From NCBI GenBank assembly GCA_963729715.1, contig CAVSPA010000014.1, forward strand, positions 1 through 64,000: a stretch of DNA of 64,000 bases, given 5' to 3'. Below, piece by piece: positions 51,512 through 61,350 of the stretch (positions are counted from its first letter, which is position 1; each line of letters opens with the position of its first letter). This stretch comes from an uncultured delta proteobacterium. GTDB taxonomy: Bacteria; Desulfobacterota; Syntrophia; Syntrophales; UBA2185. The translations under genes were made by a program, and so were the position numbers. Under the pieces are notes generated by a model that searched no databases, had not been told where the DNA came from, and saw only the letters and a program-made list of their open reading frames with translations.

Positions 51512-52885
51512 ATGCGGAGGAAAGTCAAACGCATCCACTTTGTGGGCATAGGCGGCATCGGCATGAGTGGCATCGCAGAGGTACTCCTCAACCTGGGTTA
51601 CACGATCAGCGGATCGGACCTCAGTCAGTCCGATCTGACACACAAACTGACATCGCTAGGCGCAAAAATTTATGCAGGCCATAATGCCTCACAGCTTGGC
51701 GATACGGACGTGGTAGTCACCTCAACGGCAGTTAAGCCAGACAACCCGGAGGTCATGGAAGCGCACAGGAAAAATATCCCCGTCATACCCCGGGCGGAAA
51801 TGCTCGCAGAACTGCTAAAAATGAAGTTCTCCATCGCCGTATCGGGGAGCCATGGAAAAACAACAACTACCTCGATGGTGGCAACAGTTCTCGCATCTGG
51901 AGGACTCGATCCGACTATGGTGATCGGCGGCAAATTGGCCAGCATCGGCAGCAATGCAAAGCTCGGGGATGGTGAGGTTATTGTCGCCGAGGCCGATGAA
52001 AGTGATGGCTCGTTCCTGAAACTTGCCCCATCTTTGGCTGTGATAACAAACATCGACCGTGAACACCTTGATCACTACAGGGATATTGATGACATCAAGG
52101 ATGCTTTTCTGCAGTTCGCCAACATCGTTCCCTTCTACGGCTCCACGATCCTTTGCCTCGACGATGATAATGCAAAAGGCATCCTGCCCAGAATAAAGAG
52201 GAAGACCGTGACCTACGGCCTTGCAGCGCCTGCCGACTACAAGGCAAGCTCAATATCGTTTTCCGGATCTTCTTCCAGTTACACACTCCATTATAAAGAG
52301 AACCCCTGCGGAACAGTGATGCTCAACGTTCCCGGACTTTTCAATGTCTACAATTCCCTCGCGGCGATTGCCGTCGCCAGGGAACTGGATATGGAATATG
52401 GACCCATCAAGGAGGGGCTGAAAGGTTTTGCGGGCGTCCAGCGCCGGCTCGAGGTTAAGGGAAAGGTAAGCGGTATCACCGTAGTGGATGACTATGGCCA
52501 TCACCCGACGGAAATCAGAGAAACGTTGAAGGCTGCCAGGCAGGTATGGAAAAAGAAAATCATCGTGGTATTCCAGCCCCATCGCTATACGAGGACGAAA
52601 GCCCTTTTCAATGAATTCCTGGCGGCCTTTCCGGACGCGGATACCCTGATCGTGACGGATATCTACGCAGCAAGCGAGGTTCCCATAGAGGGCGTGAATG
52701 CGGCGGCTCTCTGTGAAGGCCTCCGCGGCAAGGGCCACCCCGACGTGGTCTACATCCGCGACTTTGATGCAATCGTGGATCATCTTCTTTCTATTGCGGA
52801 ACCCTCAGACGTCATAATCACGCAGGGAGCTGGCAGTGTTTGGAAGATCGGCGAGGAATTTTTGAAGAAGGCCTCGGCGAAATGA
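51512..52885 (+). CDS. murC: UDP-MurNAc--L-alanine ligase
   Basis: [50 protein letters not shown]; start could also be 51473 or 51485. Confidence 0.97.
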   Translation: MRRKVKRIHFVGIGGIGMSGIAEVLLNLGYTISGSDLSQSDLTHKLTSLGAKIYAGHNASQLGDTDVVVTSTAVKPDNPEVMEAHRKNIPVIPRAEMLAELLKMKFSIAVSGSHGKTTTTSMVATVLASGGLDPTMVIGGKLASIGSNAKLGDGEVIVAEADESDGSFLKLAPSLAVITNIDREHLDHYRDIDDIKDAFLQFANIVPFYGSTILCLDDDNAKGILPRIKRKTVTYGLAAPADYKASSISFSGSSSSYTLHYKENPCGTVMLNVPGLFNVYNSLAAIAVARELDMEYGPIKEGLKGFAGVQRRLEVKGKVSGITVVDDYGHHPTEIRETLKAARQVWKKKIIVVFQPHRYTRTKALFNEFLAAFPDADTLIVTDIYAASEVPIEGVNAAALCEGLRGKGHPDVVYIRDFDAIVDHLLSIAEPSDVIITQGAGSVWKIGEEFLKKASAK

Positions 52886-52904
52886 TGTACCCGGAAAAGG
52901 CACA

Positions 52905-53834
52905 ATGCTCATGGACGCGACGCGACGCCAAAAGCTGAAGGATATGGTTTCCGGCAAGGTTCTGTTCGATGAGCCCATGTCCCGCCATACGTCGATCGGT
53001 GTCGGCGGGATTGCTGATGCGGTGGTTTGGCCGGAACGAAGCGAAGAGCTGAGCCGGATTATCAATTTTTTACGGCAGTTCCAAATACCGTTTATTCCTA
53101 TCGGCAACGGAACCAATCTGATCGTGAAGGACGGTGGTTATAAGGGCGCCGTAATTTCCATGCTAAGCATGAACAGTATCAGCTTAGCAGAGAGAGGCCG
53201 CGAACAGGTACTGCTGCATGCGGGTGCGGGTGCTACACTCTCCGAAATAGTTCTGCTCACGGAAAAGAGAGCTTTTTCAGGCATGGAATTTTGTGCCGGT
53301 ATTCCCGGCAGTGTCGGAGGGGCAGTCAGGATGAATGCCGGTGCCTACGGCAGCGAGATTAAGGACATCGTCGAATCGGTTAAATTGATGATTACCAAGG
53401 GAGAGATATTGGAATCCAGGAAGGATGACCTCAAATTCACATACAGGAATCTCGATATTTCGGAGGGCACGGTTATCGTCGGCGCCTCATTTCTCCTGGC
53501 AAAGGGAGATCGGGAACAAATCCATGCCCGGATTAATGAGATTCTCAGAAAACGAAAGAATAAGCACCCTCTGGAATATCGCAACGCGGGCTCCATTTTC
53601 AAGAACCCGAATGGAGGTATTCCTGCAGGCCGGATCATCGATGAATCGGGCCTTAAGGGCACGCAGATAGGCGAGGCAAAAATCTCGGAAAAACATGGCA
53701 ACTTCATTGTCAATTTAGGAAACGCGAAAGCGAGCGACATCATTGCCCTGATTGACATGATAAAGACGAAGGTCAAGAACGAGCGCGGCATTGCGCTGCA
53801 GACAGAAGTCATGATCGTCGGGGAAGATGGATGA
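52905..53834 (+). CDS. murB: UDP-N-acetylenolpyruvylglucosamine reductase
   Basis: GNGTNLIV, GIPGSVGGAVRMNAGAYG, NAGSIFKNP, SEKHGNFIVN. Confidence 0.96.
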   Translation: MLMDATRRQKLKDMVSGKVLFDEPMSRHTSIGVGGIADAVVWPERSEELSRIINFLRQFQIPFIPIGNGTNLIVKDGGYKGAVISMLSMNSISLAERGREQVLLHAGAGATLSEIVLLTEKRAFSGMEFCAGIPGSVGGAVRMNAGAYGSEIKDIVESVKLMITKGEILESRKDDLKFTYRNLDISEGTVIVGASFLLAKGDREQIHARINEILRKRKNKHPLEYRNAGSIFKNPNGGIPAGRIIDESGLKGTQIGEAKISEKHGNFIVNLGNAKASDIIALIDMIKTKVKNERGIALQTEVMIVGEDG

Positions 53835-54673
53835 AAACTCCCGTTAAATCCAGGCTCGAAGCCAAAAAATACAGACTGCAAAGACGCTCAAAACATATTT
53901 TGCGCGAATTGTTGAGGACGCTCTTGGTGCTGGTCGTCATTTCGGTAATCGGCGCCGGTATGATCTTCGGATATAACTTTACCATCAGCTCTCCCTACTT
54001 CGAGATCAAAGAGATTGTCGTTCGCGGCTGCAAGGAACTCACGGAAAAAGAAATTCTGTCATATGCCGCCATCAAGCCGTCGCAGAATCTCCTCGCGATT
54101 AATCTCGGCACAATCGCCCGCAGGATTGAATCAAACCCGTGGGTCAAGGAAGCGTCCATTGGGAGAGAATTTCCCAACCGCTTGATTATTGATCTCCAGG
54201 AAAGAACGGCGGTCGCATTGGTCAAGCGCGAGAACGGTTTTAACCTGATGGATCTCGATGGCGTGGCTTTTAAGAAGCTTGAAAAGAACGACGAGGTCGA
54301 TATCCCGGTGCTTAACGTATATTATTCCGATGGTGACGATTCCGCGCTTTTCACAAAATCCCTCGAACTTTTGAGATACCTGTCGGCTTCGAAGGAGTTC
54401 CCCACAATAAGGAACATTGCGGAAATACATGGCAACGAAGTGTTCGGACTCTCTCTTTTCACCGACGGCGGTTTATGCATCAGACTCGGTTTTGACAGTT
54501 ATGAAAACAAGTTAAAGCGACTGAACGCCGTAATGGCCGACCTGGAAAGGAGAAACATGAAGCTGGGATTTCTGCTCATCGACCTCAACGACCCGGCGAA
54601 AATCGCCGTTCAGAAAAAAAACGTATTGAGCCCTATTGTGCCCTTAGTGTCAAAGAAGGGATTGAGGACGTGA
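53831..54673 (+). CDS. ftsQ: Cell division protein FtsQ/DivIB
   Basis: Basic cytoplasmic tail, TM helix, POTRA (FEIKEIVVRG...NPWVKEASIGREFPN); precedes ftsA. Confidence 0.9.
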   Translation: MKTPVKSRLEAKKYRLQRRSKHILRELLRTLLVLVVISVIGAGMIFGYNFTISSPYFEIKEIVVRGCKELTEKEILSYAAIKPSQNLLAINLGTIARRIESNPWVKEASIGREFPNRLIIDLQERTAVALVKRENGFNLMDLDGVAFKKLEKNDEVDIPVLNVYYSDGDDSALFTKSLELLRYLSASKEFPTIRNIAEIHGNEVFGLSLFTDGGLCIRLGFDSYENKLKRLNAVMADLERRNMKLGFLLIDLNDPAKIAVQKKNVLSPIVPLVSKKGLRT

Positions 54674-54768
54674 GAAACAGCAGTTGCCGGCCGACGGAAA
54701 CAAGAAGAAGTTATAATTAATTTATCAGCGGTTGCGGTCCAGTAAAGATGAGGAAAGGCGGAGCAAGG

Positions 54769-55995
54769 ATGGTCAAAAAGACACATGTAATTGTCGGCCT
54801 GGATTTGGGCACCACTAAGACCTGCGCCATAGTGGCCGAAATCACCGATACTGGCATCGACATTATAGGCATAGGCTCTCATCCCTCGGAGGGTTTGAGG
54901 AAAGGTGTAGTCGTTAATATTGAGAGTACCGTGGATGCCATCAGAAAGGCCGTTGAAGAGGCTGAGCACATGTCCGGCTGCGAAATAAGCTCCGTGCACG
55001 TGGGCATTGCCGGCGGACACATAAAGGGACAGAACAGTATCGGCATCGTGGCCGTTAAAGGCCGCGAGGTTGACGAGGATGACGTACAGCGGGCGATTGA
55101 GGCATCAAAGGCCATTGCCATTCCGCTGGACAGAGAGATCTTGCACACCCTGCCGCAGAACTTTGTCGTTGACGACCAAAACGGCATCAGGGACCCCATC
55201 GGCATGTCCGGCGTCCGCCTCGAGGCCAAGGTTCACATCGTGACAGGTTCCGTGACATCCGTGCAGAACATAGTGAAATCGGTGAACCGCGTAGGATTGG
55301 AGATTGACGATATTGTCCTCGAACAGCTCGCGTCAAGTGAAGCGGTTCTCAGCGCTGATGAAAAGGACTTAGGGGTTGTCCTCCTGGACATCGGCGGCGG
55401 CACGACGGATATCGCCGTTTTCTCCGAGGGCAGCATAAAGCATACGGCCGTATTGCCCGTCGGCGGCAATTACATCACGAGCGATATAGCAACCGGCCTG
55501 CGAACGCCCATTACGGAAGCGGAAAAGATCAAACTGAAATACGGTTGTTCCTTCACACCCATCATCCCCAAGGATGAAGTCATAGAGGTTCCCAGTGTGG
55601 GCGGCAGAGAGCCGAGAGAAGTCACCCGGCAGATTCTCGGCAGGATCATCGAACCGAGGACGGAGGAAATCCTGAATCTTGCTTACAAGGAAATTATCAA
55701 ATCCGGGTATGAAGACATACTTGCCGCGGGCGTTGTCCTGACGGGTGGCACGGCCATCATGGACGGCATCACGCAGTTGGCCGAGCATGTCTTTAATATG
55801 CCCGTCAGGCGCGGCTGTCCGATCGGCGTGGGGGGACTGATAGACGTGGTGAACTCCCCCATGTATGCAACAGGCGTGGGACTCGTTATCTATGGAAGTA
55901 AAACCTTGTCGAAGGACGCCTTAAGAAGGTTTGAAACAAATATATTCAGCATGACAATAAGCAATATGAAAAAATGGTTTCTCGAATTTTTTTAG
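54769..55995 (+). CDS. ftsA: Cell division protein FtsA
   Basis: VGLDLGTTK, GLRKGVVVNI, PIGMSGVRLE, DIGGGTTD, C-terminal amphipathic KKWFLEFF. Confidence 0.97.
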   Translation: MVKKTHVIVGLDLGTTKTCAIVAEITDTGIDIIGIGSHPSEGLRKGVVVNIESTVDAIRKAVEEAEHMSGCEISSVHVGIAGGHIKGQNSIGIVAVKGREVDEDDVQRAIEASKAIAIPLDREILHTLPQNFVVDDQNGIRDPIGMSGVRLEAKVHIVTGSVTSVQNIVKSVNRVGLEIDDIVLEQLASSEAVLSADEKDLGVVLLDIGGGTTDIAVFSEGSIKHTAVLPVGGNYITSDIATGLRTPITEAEKIKLKYGCSFTPIIPKDEVIEVPSVGGREPREVTRQILGRIIEPRTEEILNLAYKEIIKSGYEDILAAGVVLTGGTAIMDGITQLAEHVFNMPVRRGCPIGVGGLIDVVNSPMYATGVGLVIYGSKTLSKDALRRFETNIFSMTISNMKKWFLEFF

Positions 55996-56010
55996 AGGGG
56001 AGGGAAGATT

Positions 56011-57162
56011 ATGTTTCAATTAACGGATCCAAATAACATTAGTTCGGCGAAGATCAAGGTAATCGGCATCGGTGGAGCGGGAGGCAATGCCGTAAATACG
56101 ATGATTGCGTACGCCCTGAAAGGCGTCGATTTCATCGCGGCAAATACGGATGCCCAAGCCCTGGGCGCATCCAGTTCCCCCATCAAGATTCAGATCGGCG
56201 CTGAGGTGACTAAGGGACTCGGAGCTGGTTCAAATCCGGACGTGGGAAGAAAATCAGCCATTGAAACAAAAGATCTGTTGAGGAACTCCGTCGAAGGGGC
56301 GGATATGGTGTTCATCACGGCCGGCCTCGGCGGTGGTACAGGCACCGGCGGCGCACCGATAGTTGCGGAAATTTCCAAAGAGATGGAGATTCTGACCGTC
56401 GCCGTCGTCACCAAGCCATTCCTCTTCGAAGGAAAGAAAAGGAATCAGCAGGCGGAAGAGGGTATTGAAGAGCTGAGGAAGATCGTGGATACCCTTATTG
56501 TCGTTCCCAATCAGAGGCTCCTCAGTCTCGGGGGGAAGACCCTTTCGCTTCTCGAGGCGTTCAAGAAGGCGGACGATATCCTTTATCATGCGGTAAAGGG
56601 GATCTCCGATTTGATTATGGTGCCGGGTCTCATCAACCTCGACTTCGCCGACGTCAGAAGCATAATGTCCGAGATGGGGATGGCGCTGATGGGAACAGGA
56701 ATCGCCAGCGGTGATGGCAGAGCCGTGGAAGCCGCGCAGAGGGCGATATCTTCCCCGCTCCTCGAAGACAATACCATCCAGGGTGCACACGGAATACTCT
56801 TGAATATCACGGGTGGCCCGGACATGACCCTCTTTGAAATAAACGAAGCATCATCTCTTATCCAGTCGGAAGCCCATGAGGACGCGAATATCATCTTCGG
56901 CACCGTCGTGGATGAAGCTATGGCAGATGAAATACGCATCACCGTTATAGCAACCGGTTTTAACGAGCCGCAGAAACCAAATCAAGTCATGAAGACTATT
57001 TCACGCGCGGGCAGCCACAAGAGAGAGGACCTCTCCATGCCCGCATATTTAAGGCATGAAAAGCCGATTGATAATGTCAATGTGGTGAAGATGGGGATGG
57101 TGGACGATGTAGACCATCTCGACCTGGAGATACCCACATTTTTAAGAAGACAGGCAGATTAG
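56011..57162 (+). CDS. ftsZ: Cell division protein FtsZ
   Basis: IGGAGGNAVN, GLGGGTGTGG tubulin signature, NLDFAD, C-terminal LEIPTFLRRQAD. Confidence 0.98.
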   Translation: MFQLTDPNNISSAKIKVIGIGGAGGNAVNTMIAYALKGVDFIAANTDAQALGASSSPIKIQIGAEVTKGLGAGSNPDVGRKSAIETKDLLRNSVEGADMVFITAGLGGGTGTGGAPIVAEISKEMEILTVAVVTKPFLFEGKKRNQQAEEGIEELRKIVDTLIVVPNQRLLSLGGKTLSLLEAFKKADDILYHAVKGISDLIMVPGLINLDFADVRSIMSEMGMALMGTGIASGDGRAVEAAQRAISSPLLEDNTIQGAHGILLNITGGPDMTLFEINEASSLIQSEAHEDANIIFGTVVDEAMADEIRITVIATGFNEPQKPNQVMKTISRAGSHKREDLSMPAYLRHEKPIDNVNVVKMGMVDDVDHLDLEIPTFLRRQAD

Positions 57163-57232
57163 AGGAGAAAAATTCAAGCTGTAAATGCAAAATCCTAAAG
57201 AATTTAATTCGCTCTGTCAGTGAATGAGGAGC

Positions 57233-57347
57233 AAATACGAAATTCTAAATCCGAAAATCTAAACAATATCAAAATGAGAATGACCAACTCGTTTAGAATT
57301 TCGATATTCGAATTTGTTTAGGATTTAGAAATTAGGATTTTGGATTT
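57233..57347. repeat. Imperfect inverted repeat built from AAATCCx-type heptamers
   Basis: Left arm AAATACG AAATTCT AAATCCG AAAATCT AAACAAT; reverse complement of right arm AAATCCA AAATCCT AATTTCT AAATCCT AAACAAA. Confidence 0.75.
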
Positions 57348-57348
57348 T

Positions 57349-59043
57349 ATGTCCTGGAAACTGACAAAAAGATATGATGATGTCTTAGCCGATGAAGAAG
57401 GATATCAGAAGAAGGTCTGGGGAGAACTCCTCAAAGTGTGCCTTGCCTACCCGAACTATTATCGGACGGGAATGCCCAACCTTGGATTCCAAACCGTCTA
57501 TTCTCTAATAAATCGCGAAAAATCATTTCTCTGCGAGAGAGTCTTTATTCCTGATCCTGAGGACGAAACAGAGTTCGCTTCTTCATCTCTCCCTCTGTTC
57601 AGCCTCGAGTCACATAAGGCCCTCACTGAATTCGATATCATCGCCTTCTCCATCCCCTTTGAAAATGACTATCCCGGCATTCTGAAAATACTGAGCATGG
57701 CGGGAATTACACTGTCCGCCCGGCAAAGAAAAGAAATCGAGCCCTTAATCATCGGCGGCGGCGTTTCCGTAACCTTGAATCCGGAACCGCTCGCGGATTT
57801 CTTTGACCTGTTTCTCCTCGGGGAGGCGGAAGAGCTGCTCCCCGAATTTCTTCGTGTCTTTGAAAACTCCTGTCGCCTCGGTCACAACCGTAACGAGCTC
57901 CTCTTTCGCGTACAGAAAGAAGTAGAAGGGGCCTATGTTCCAAAATATTACACAGTATATTACAAGGCAGATCATCTCATAGAAGATATGCGGCCTCTCG
58001 ATGCCGCACTGCCTACAAAGATAAAGACGAGACACATTTCCGATATCAACGCCTTCACAACCGATCAATGCATCAGCGCACCTTCCCATGAATTCAAGGA
58101 ACTGTTCTTAACCGAGGTAAGCCGCGGCTGTCGGCGCGGGTGCCGCTTCTGCGCGGCAGGATTCTTGTATAGGCCCGGAAGATTCAGGAGCTTAAAGACG
58201 CTCGAACCGTCGTTTATCAGCGGCATGGGCAAGGGGAAAAAGATCGGTCTACTCGGTACGGCGGTTTCCGACCATCCTGACCTGCCGGCGTTGTGCCGCT
58301 TCATCATGGACAGGAATGGAGAAGTCGCCCTCGGCTCCTTCAGGCTGGATCGTCTCGACATAGAATTGGCTTCCCTGCTTCAGGAATCGCGGGTCGAAAC
58401 TGTGTCCCTTGCGCCGGAGGCGGGGAGTCAACGCTTGAGAGACGTGATCCGCAAAGGCATAACGGAAGAAGATATTTTTCAGGCCGTCGAATTGCTAATC
58501 GAGCACGGCATTGCGAATATGAGGCTTTATTTCATGGTCGGACTCCCTACGGAGACAGAGGCTGACATAGACGCCATCATAGACATGGTCAAGAAGATAA
58601 GACACCACATAATGAAGATTTCTGCGGGACAAAAAAGGTTCAACCGCATAACCCTCAGCATCAATCAGTTCATCCCGAAACCCGTCACGCCCTTTCAGTG
58701 GCTGCCTCTTGAGGACATCAACGTCGTCAGAAAAAGGATGAGGCGGATTGAGAATGCAATCCGCAAGGAGCCGACGGTAAAGGTAATCCACGATCTTCCG
58801 AAATGGAACTACATACAGGCCCTGCTCTCCTTAGGAGACAGGCGCGTCAGCGGCATCCTTCTTTCGGCTCACGCAAACAAAGGCAACTGGCCGAAGGCCC
58901 TTAAGGAAGTTAATGTTAATCCGGATTTCTATGTATACCGACGCAAGGATGTGGAGGAAATTCTGCCATGGGACTTTATCGACCACGGAATCGATAAAGA
59001 GTACCTTATAAACGAATACAGGAAAGCGATGGCGATACATTGA
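57349..59043 (+). CDS. B12-binding-domain radical SAM protein (TIGR03960-like)
   Basis: YPNYYRTGMPNLGFQ, CERVF, NPEPLADFFD, EVSRGCRRGCRFC, APEAGSQRLR, YFMVGLPTE, FIPKPVTPFQW, LPWDFID. Confidence 0.9.
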   Translation: MSWKLTKRYDDVLADEEGYQKKVWGELLKVCLAYPNYYRTGMPNLGFQTVYSLINREKSFLCERVFIPDPEDETEFASSSLPLFSLESHKALTEFDIIAFSIPFENDYPGILKILSMAGITLSARQRKEIEPLIIGGGVSVTLNPEPLADFFDLFLLGEAEELLPEFLRVFENSCRLGHNRNELLFRVQKEVEGAYVPKYYTVYYKADHLIEDMRPLDAALPTKIKTRHISDINAFTTDQCISAPSHEFKELFLTEVSRGCRRGCRFCAAGFLYRPGRFRSLKTLEPSFISGMGKGKKIGLLGTAVSDHPDLPALCRFIMDRNGEVALGSFRLDRLDIELASLLQESRVETVSLAPEAGSQRLRDVIRKGITEEDIFQAVELLIEHGIANMRLYFMVGLPTETEADIDAIIDMVKKIRHHIMKISAGQKRFNRITLSINQFIPKPVTPFQWLPLEDINVVRKRMRRIENAIRKEPTVKVIHDLPKWNYIQALLSLGDRRVSGILLSAHANKGNWPKALKEVNVNPDFYVYRRKDVEEILPWDFIDHGIDKEYLINEYRKAMAIH

Positions 59044-59170
59044 CCATGCGTGACATGCGGCTCTATCATCCGCGTCAAGTGCATGCACCCGACACATTGC
59101 ATATGAATTCAGAGATAAAATAGTTATGCCGTGCATTTGTAGAAACCAACCGCATTGGGGGGGGCATTAC

Positions 59171-59860
59171 ATGAAGAGGATGGCCATATACATCATTTGC
59201 AGCATCTGTCTTGTCTCTGCGACCGCCTCGGCCGCAGACGTTAAGACTTCAAGCTGGGTGGAAAAGGGTGTGGCCCTCGTCATGGAGGGAAAGTATAACG
59301 AAGCGATAGAAGCCTTCAACAAGGCGATAGAGCTGAACCCCAAGGATGAAGTTGCATATAATAACAGAGGCGCCGCCTACGGCCAGACAGGAAACTACAA
59401 ACAGCAGATTGAAGACAGCACCAAGGCCTTGCAGATAAATCCTAAAGACGCTGTAGCCTTCAATAATCGCGGCGTCGCCTACGGGGAGTTGGGCAACTAT
59501 GAGCAGGAAATTGAGGACTGCACCAAAGCCATTGAGCTAAACCCCAAGTTGGCCATGGCTTATTACCATCGAGGAATTGCCTATCACAAACTGGGAAACC
59601 GCAAACAAGCTATAAAGGATAAGAGCAAAGCCTATGCGCTGAATCCAAGAAAGACGTGGGCCAAGGTGGAAGTCGTAACGTCCGAGGCCGTTGCACATAG
59701 TACTGATGAAAATAAGATCAGGGTAATAGGGAATCGGGACAGCAAGCGCTATCATCTTCCGGGAATGAAATTCTATGACAAGGTTCTCGAGCATCACCGC
59801 GTCATATTTAACTCGGAAGAGGAGGCCATCAAGGCCGGTTATCACAAGGCGAGCCAATAA
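59171..59860 (+). CDS. Exported TPR protein with a C-terminal Ada-metal-binding-like domain
   Basis: Signal peptide ...ATASA; four TPRs (AYNNRG); C-terminus IGNRDSKRYHLPG...IFNSEEEAIKAGYHKA. Confidence 0.8.
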   Translation: MKRMAIYIICSICLVSATASAADVKTSSWVEKGVALVMEGKYNEAIEAFNKAIELNPKDEVAYNNRGAAYGQTGNYKQQIEDSTKALQINPKDAVAFNNRGVAYGELGNYEQEIEDCTKAIELNPKLAMAYYHRGIAYHKLGNRKQAIKDKSKAYALNPRKTWAKVEVVTSEAVAHSTDENKIRVIGNRDSKRYHLPGMKFYDKVLEHHRVIFNSEEEAIKAGYHKASQ

Positions 59861-59895
59861 AGAGCCGCGGCAAGAGAGATGCGACCCGTTTCATA

Positions 59896-59924
59896 TTGAC
59901 AGTCGGAACCGTTTTTCTTATACT
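59896..59924 (+). promoter_or_regulatory. Sigma70 promoter of xth
   Basis: TTGACA-N17-TATACT. Confidence 0.75.
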
Positions 59925-59960
59925 TGTTTAAACTGTAACTTATCCTTATAAGTAAATACC

Positions 59961-60746
59961 ATGAGAAGTTTCGCAATAGCCACCTATAACGTGAATTCGA
60001 TTCGATCCCGTCTCCACATCGTCATACCGTGGCTGAAGGCAAATCGCCCGGACGTCTTTTGCATGCAGGAGACCAAGGTTGACGACAAGAATTTCCCCAC
60101 CCACGAATTTGAAGAAGCTGGCTACCATGTGGTCTTCAAGGGAGGCAAAGGCTACAGCGGTGTGGCCGTGGCATCCCTCGAAAAACCGGAGGCAGTCCAT
60201 TTCGGCCTCGACGACGGCGGCACACCCGATGATGACCGCCTTATCCAGGGCGTGTTTTCCGGCATACCAGTGTTGAACACGTATGTCCCCCAAGGGCGCG
60301 AGCTCGCAAGTGAACACTTTGCTTACAAACTAAAATGGTTCGAACGGCTCACGGCGCTTCTCAAAAAATCTTATTCATCCGCAAAGCCCCTGATCTGGTG
60401 CGGAGACCTCAATGTGGCGCCGGAGGCCATAGACGTGCATAATCCCAAGAGGCTCGTGGGCCATGTCTGTTTTGCGCCGGCGGTGCGGGAGGCTTTTGAT
60501 ATCGTGAAGTCATGGGGCCTTCTCGATCTCTTCAGAAAATTCCACCCCGAAGAAGCGAATCAATATACCTTCTTCGATTACCGGGTGCCTAAATCCGTCG
60601 AGCGGGGCCTGGGCTGGCGCGTAGACCACATCTTAGCGACAAAGTCCTTGGCCGGAAAATCAACAGATTGCAGAATTGACATGAAACCCAGGCTTGCGGA
60701 AAAGCCATCGGATCATACAGTTGTTGTTGCCGAATTCAAGCTATGA
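59961..60746 (+). CDS. xth: Exodeoxyribonuclease III
   Basis: [48 protein letters not shown]. Confidence 0.96.
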   Translation: MRSFAIATYNVNSIRSRLHIVIPWLKANRPDVFCMQETKVDDKNFPTHEFEEAGYHVVFKGGKGYSGVAVASLEKPEAVHFGLDDGGTPDDDRLIQGVFSGIPVLNTYVPQGRELASEHFAYKLKWFERLTALLKKSYSSAKPLIWCGDLNVAPEAIDVHNPKRLVGHVCFAPAVREAFDIVKSWGLLDLFRKFHPEEANQYTFFDYRVPKSVERGLGWRVDHILATKSLAGKSTDCRIDMKPRLAEKPSDHTVVVAEFKL

Positions 60747-60762
60747 GGAAGGAGATGATTTA

Positions 60763-61302
60763 ATGGACGAACATGCCGACATCTTGAAGACAAACGAAGA
60801 AATCGCAAAAAAGATAAACAAGATCGAGAAACATCTCCCCACCTTCCTCAACGCCAAAGACCTATTTGAAAAGCTGCTTATACAGATTCATGAAGAATTC
60901 AGCATCCCCTTCGTGTGGATCTCCGTTGCGGCGGAAACCGGTTTTGCGAGCCTGATTCAGCTGCTGAGGTCATCGCATATTATCAAGGAGCGTCTCAACA
61001 TCATAGACCGTGCCACCTTCTTGAATATCATCGGCGAAAGCACAAAGCCTGTACTCGTAAACAACGATCTCAAGCCCTTTTACAAACTCCTCCCGCGCAA
61101 GAAGAAATTCTTTATCAAGTCTATCGCCATCGCCCCCATAATCGTCAACGGCGAGATTATCGGCAGCATAAATCTCGGAGACTTCTCCAATCTGCGCTAC
61201 CAGCCTGGCATGGACACCGGACTGCTTGAACAGCTGGTCGGGAATGTGTCTTCCTGCCTCTCAAACTTCATTACCTGCGAAAAGGAAGCTTCAAAGCAGT
61301 AG
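60763..61302 (+). CDS. DUF484-like GAF-fold protein
   Basis: AAGGAG RBS; NEEIAKK, SIAIAP, GSINLGD...RYQPGMDTGLLEQL. Confidence 0.75.
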   Translation: MDEHADILKTNEEIAKKINKIEKHLPTFLNAKDLFEKLLIQIHEEFSIPFVWISVAAETGFASLIQLLRSSHIIKERLNIIDRATFLNIIGESTKPVLVNNDLKPFYKLLPRKKKFFIKSIAIAPIIVNGEIIGSINLGDFSNLRYQPGMDTGLLEQLVGNVSSCLSNFITCEKEASKQ

Positions 61303-61350
61303 ATGGTGGAGGGAATTCTGAACCAGCGTGATTTTTAGAGCCTTGTGCTC

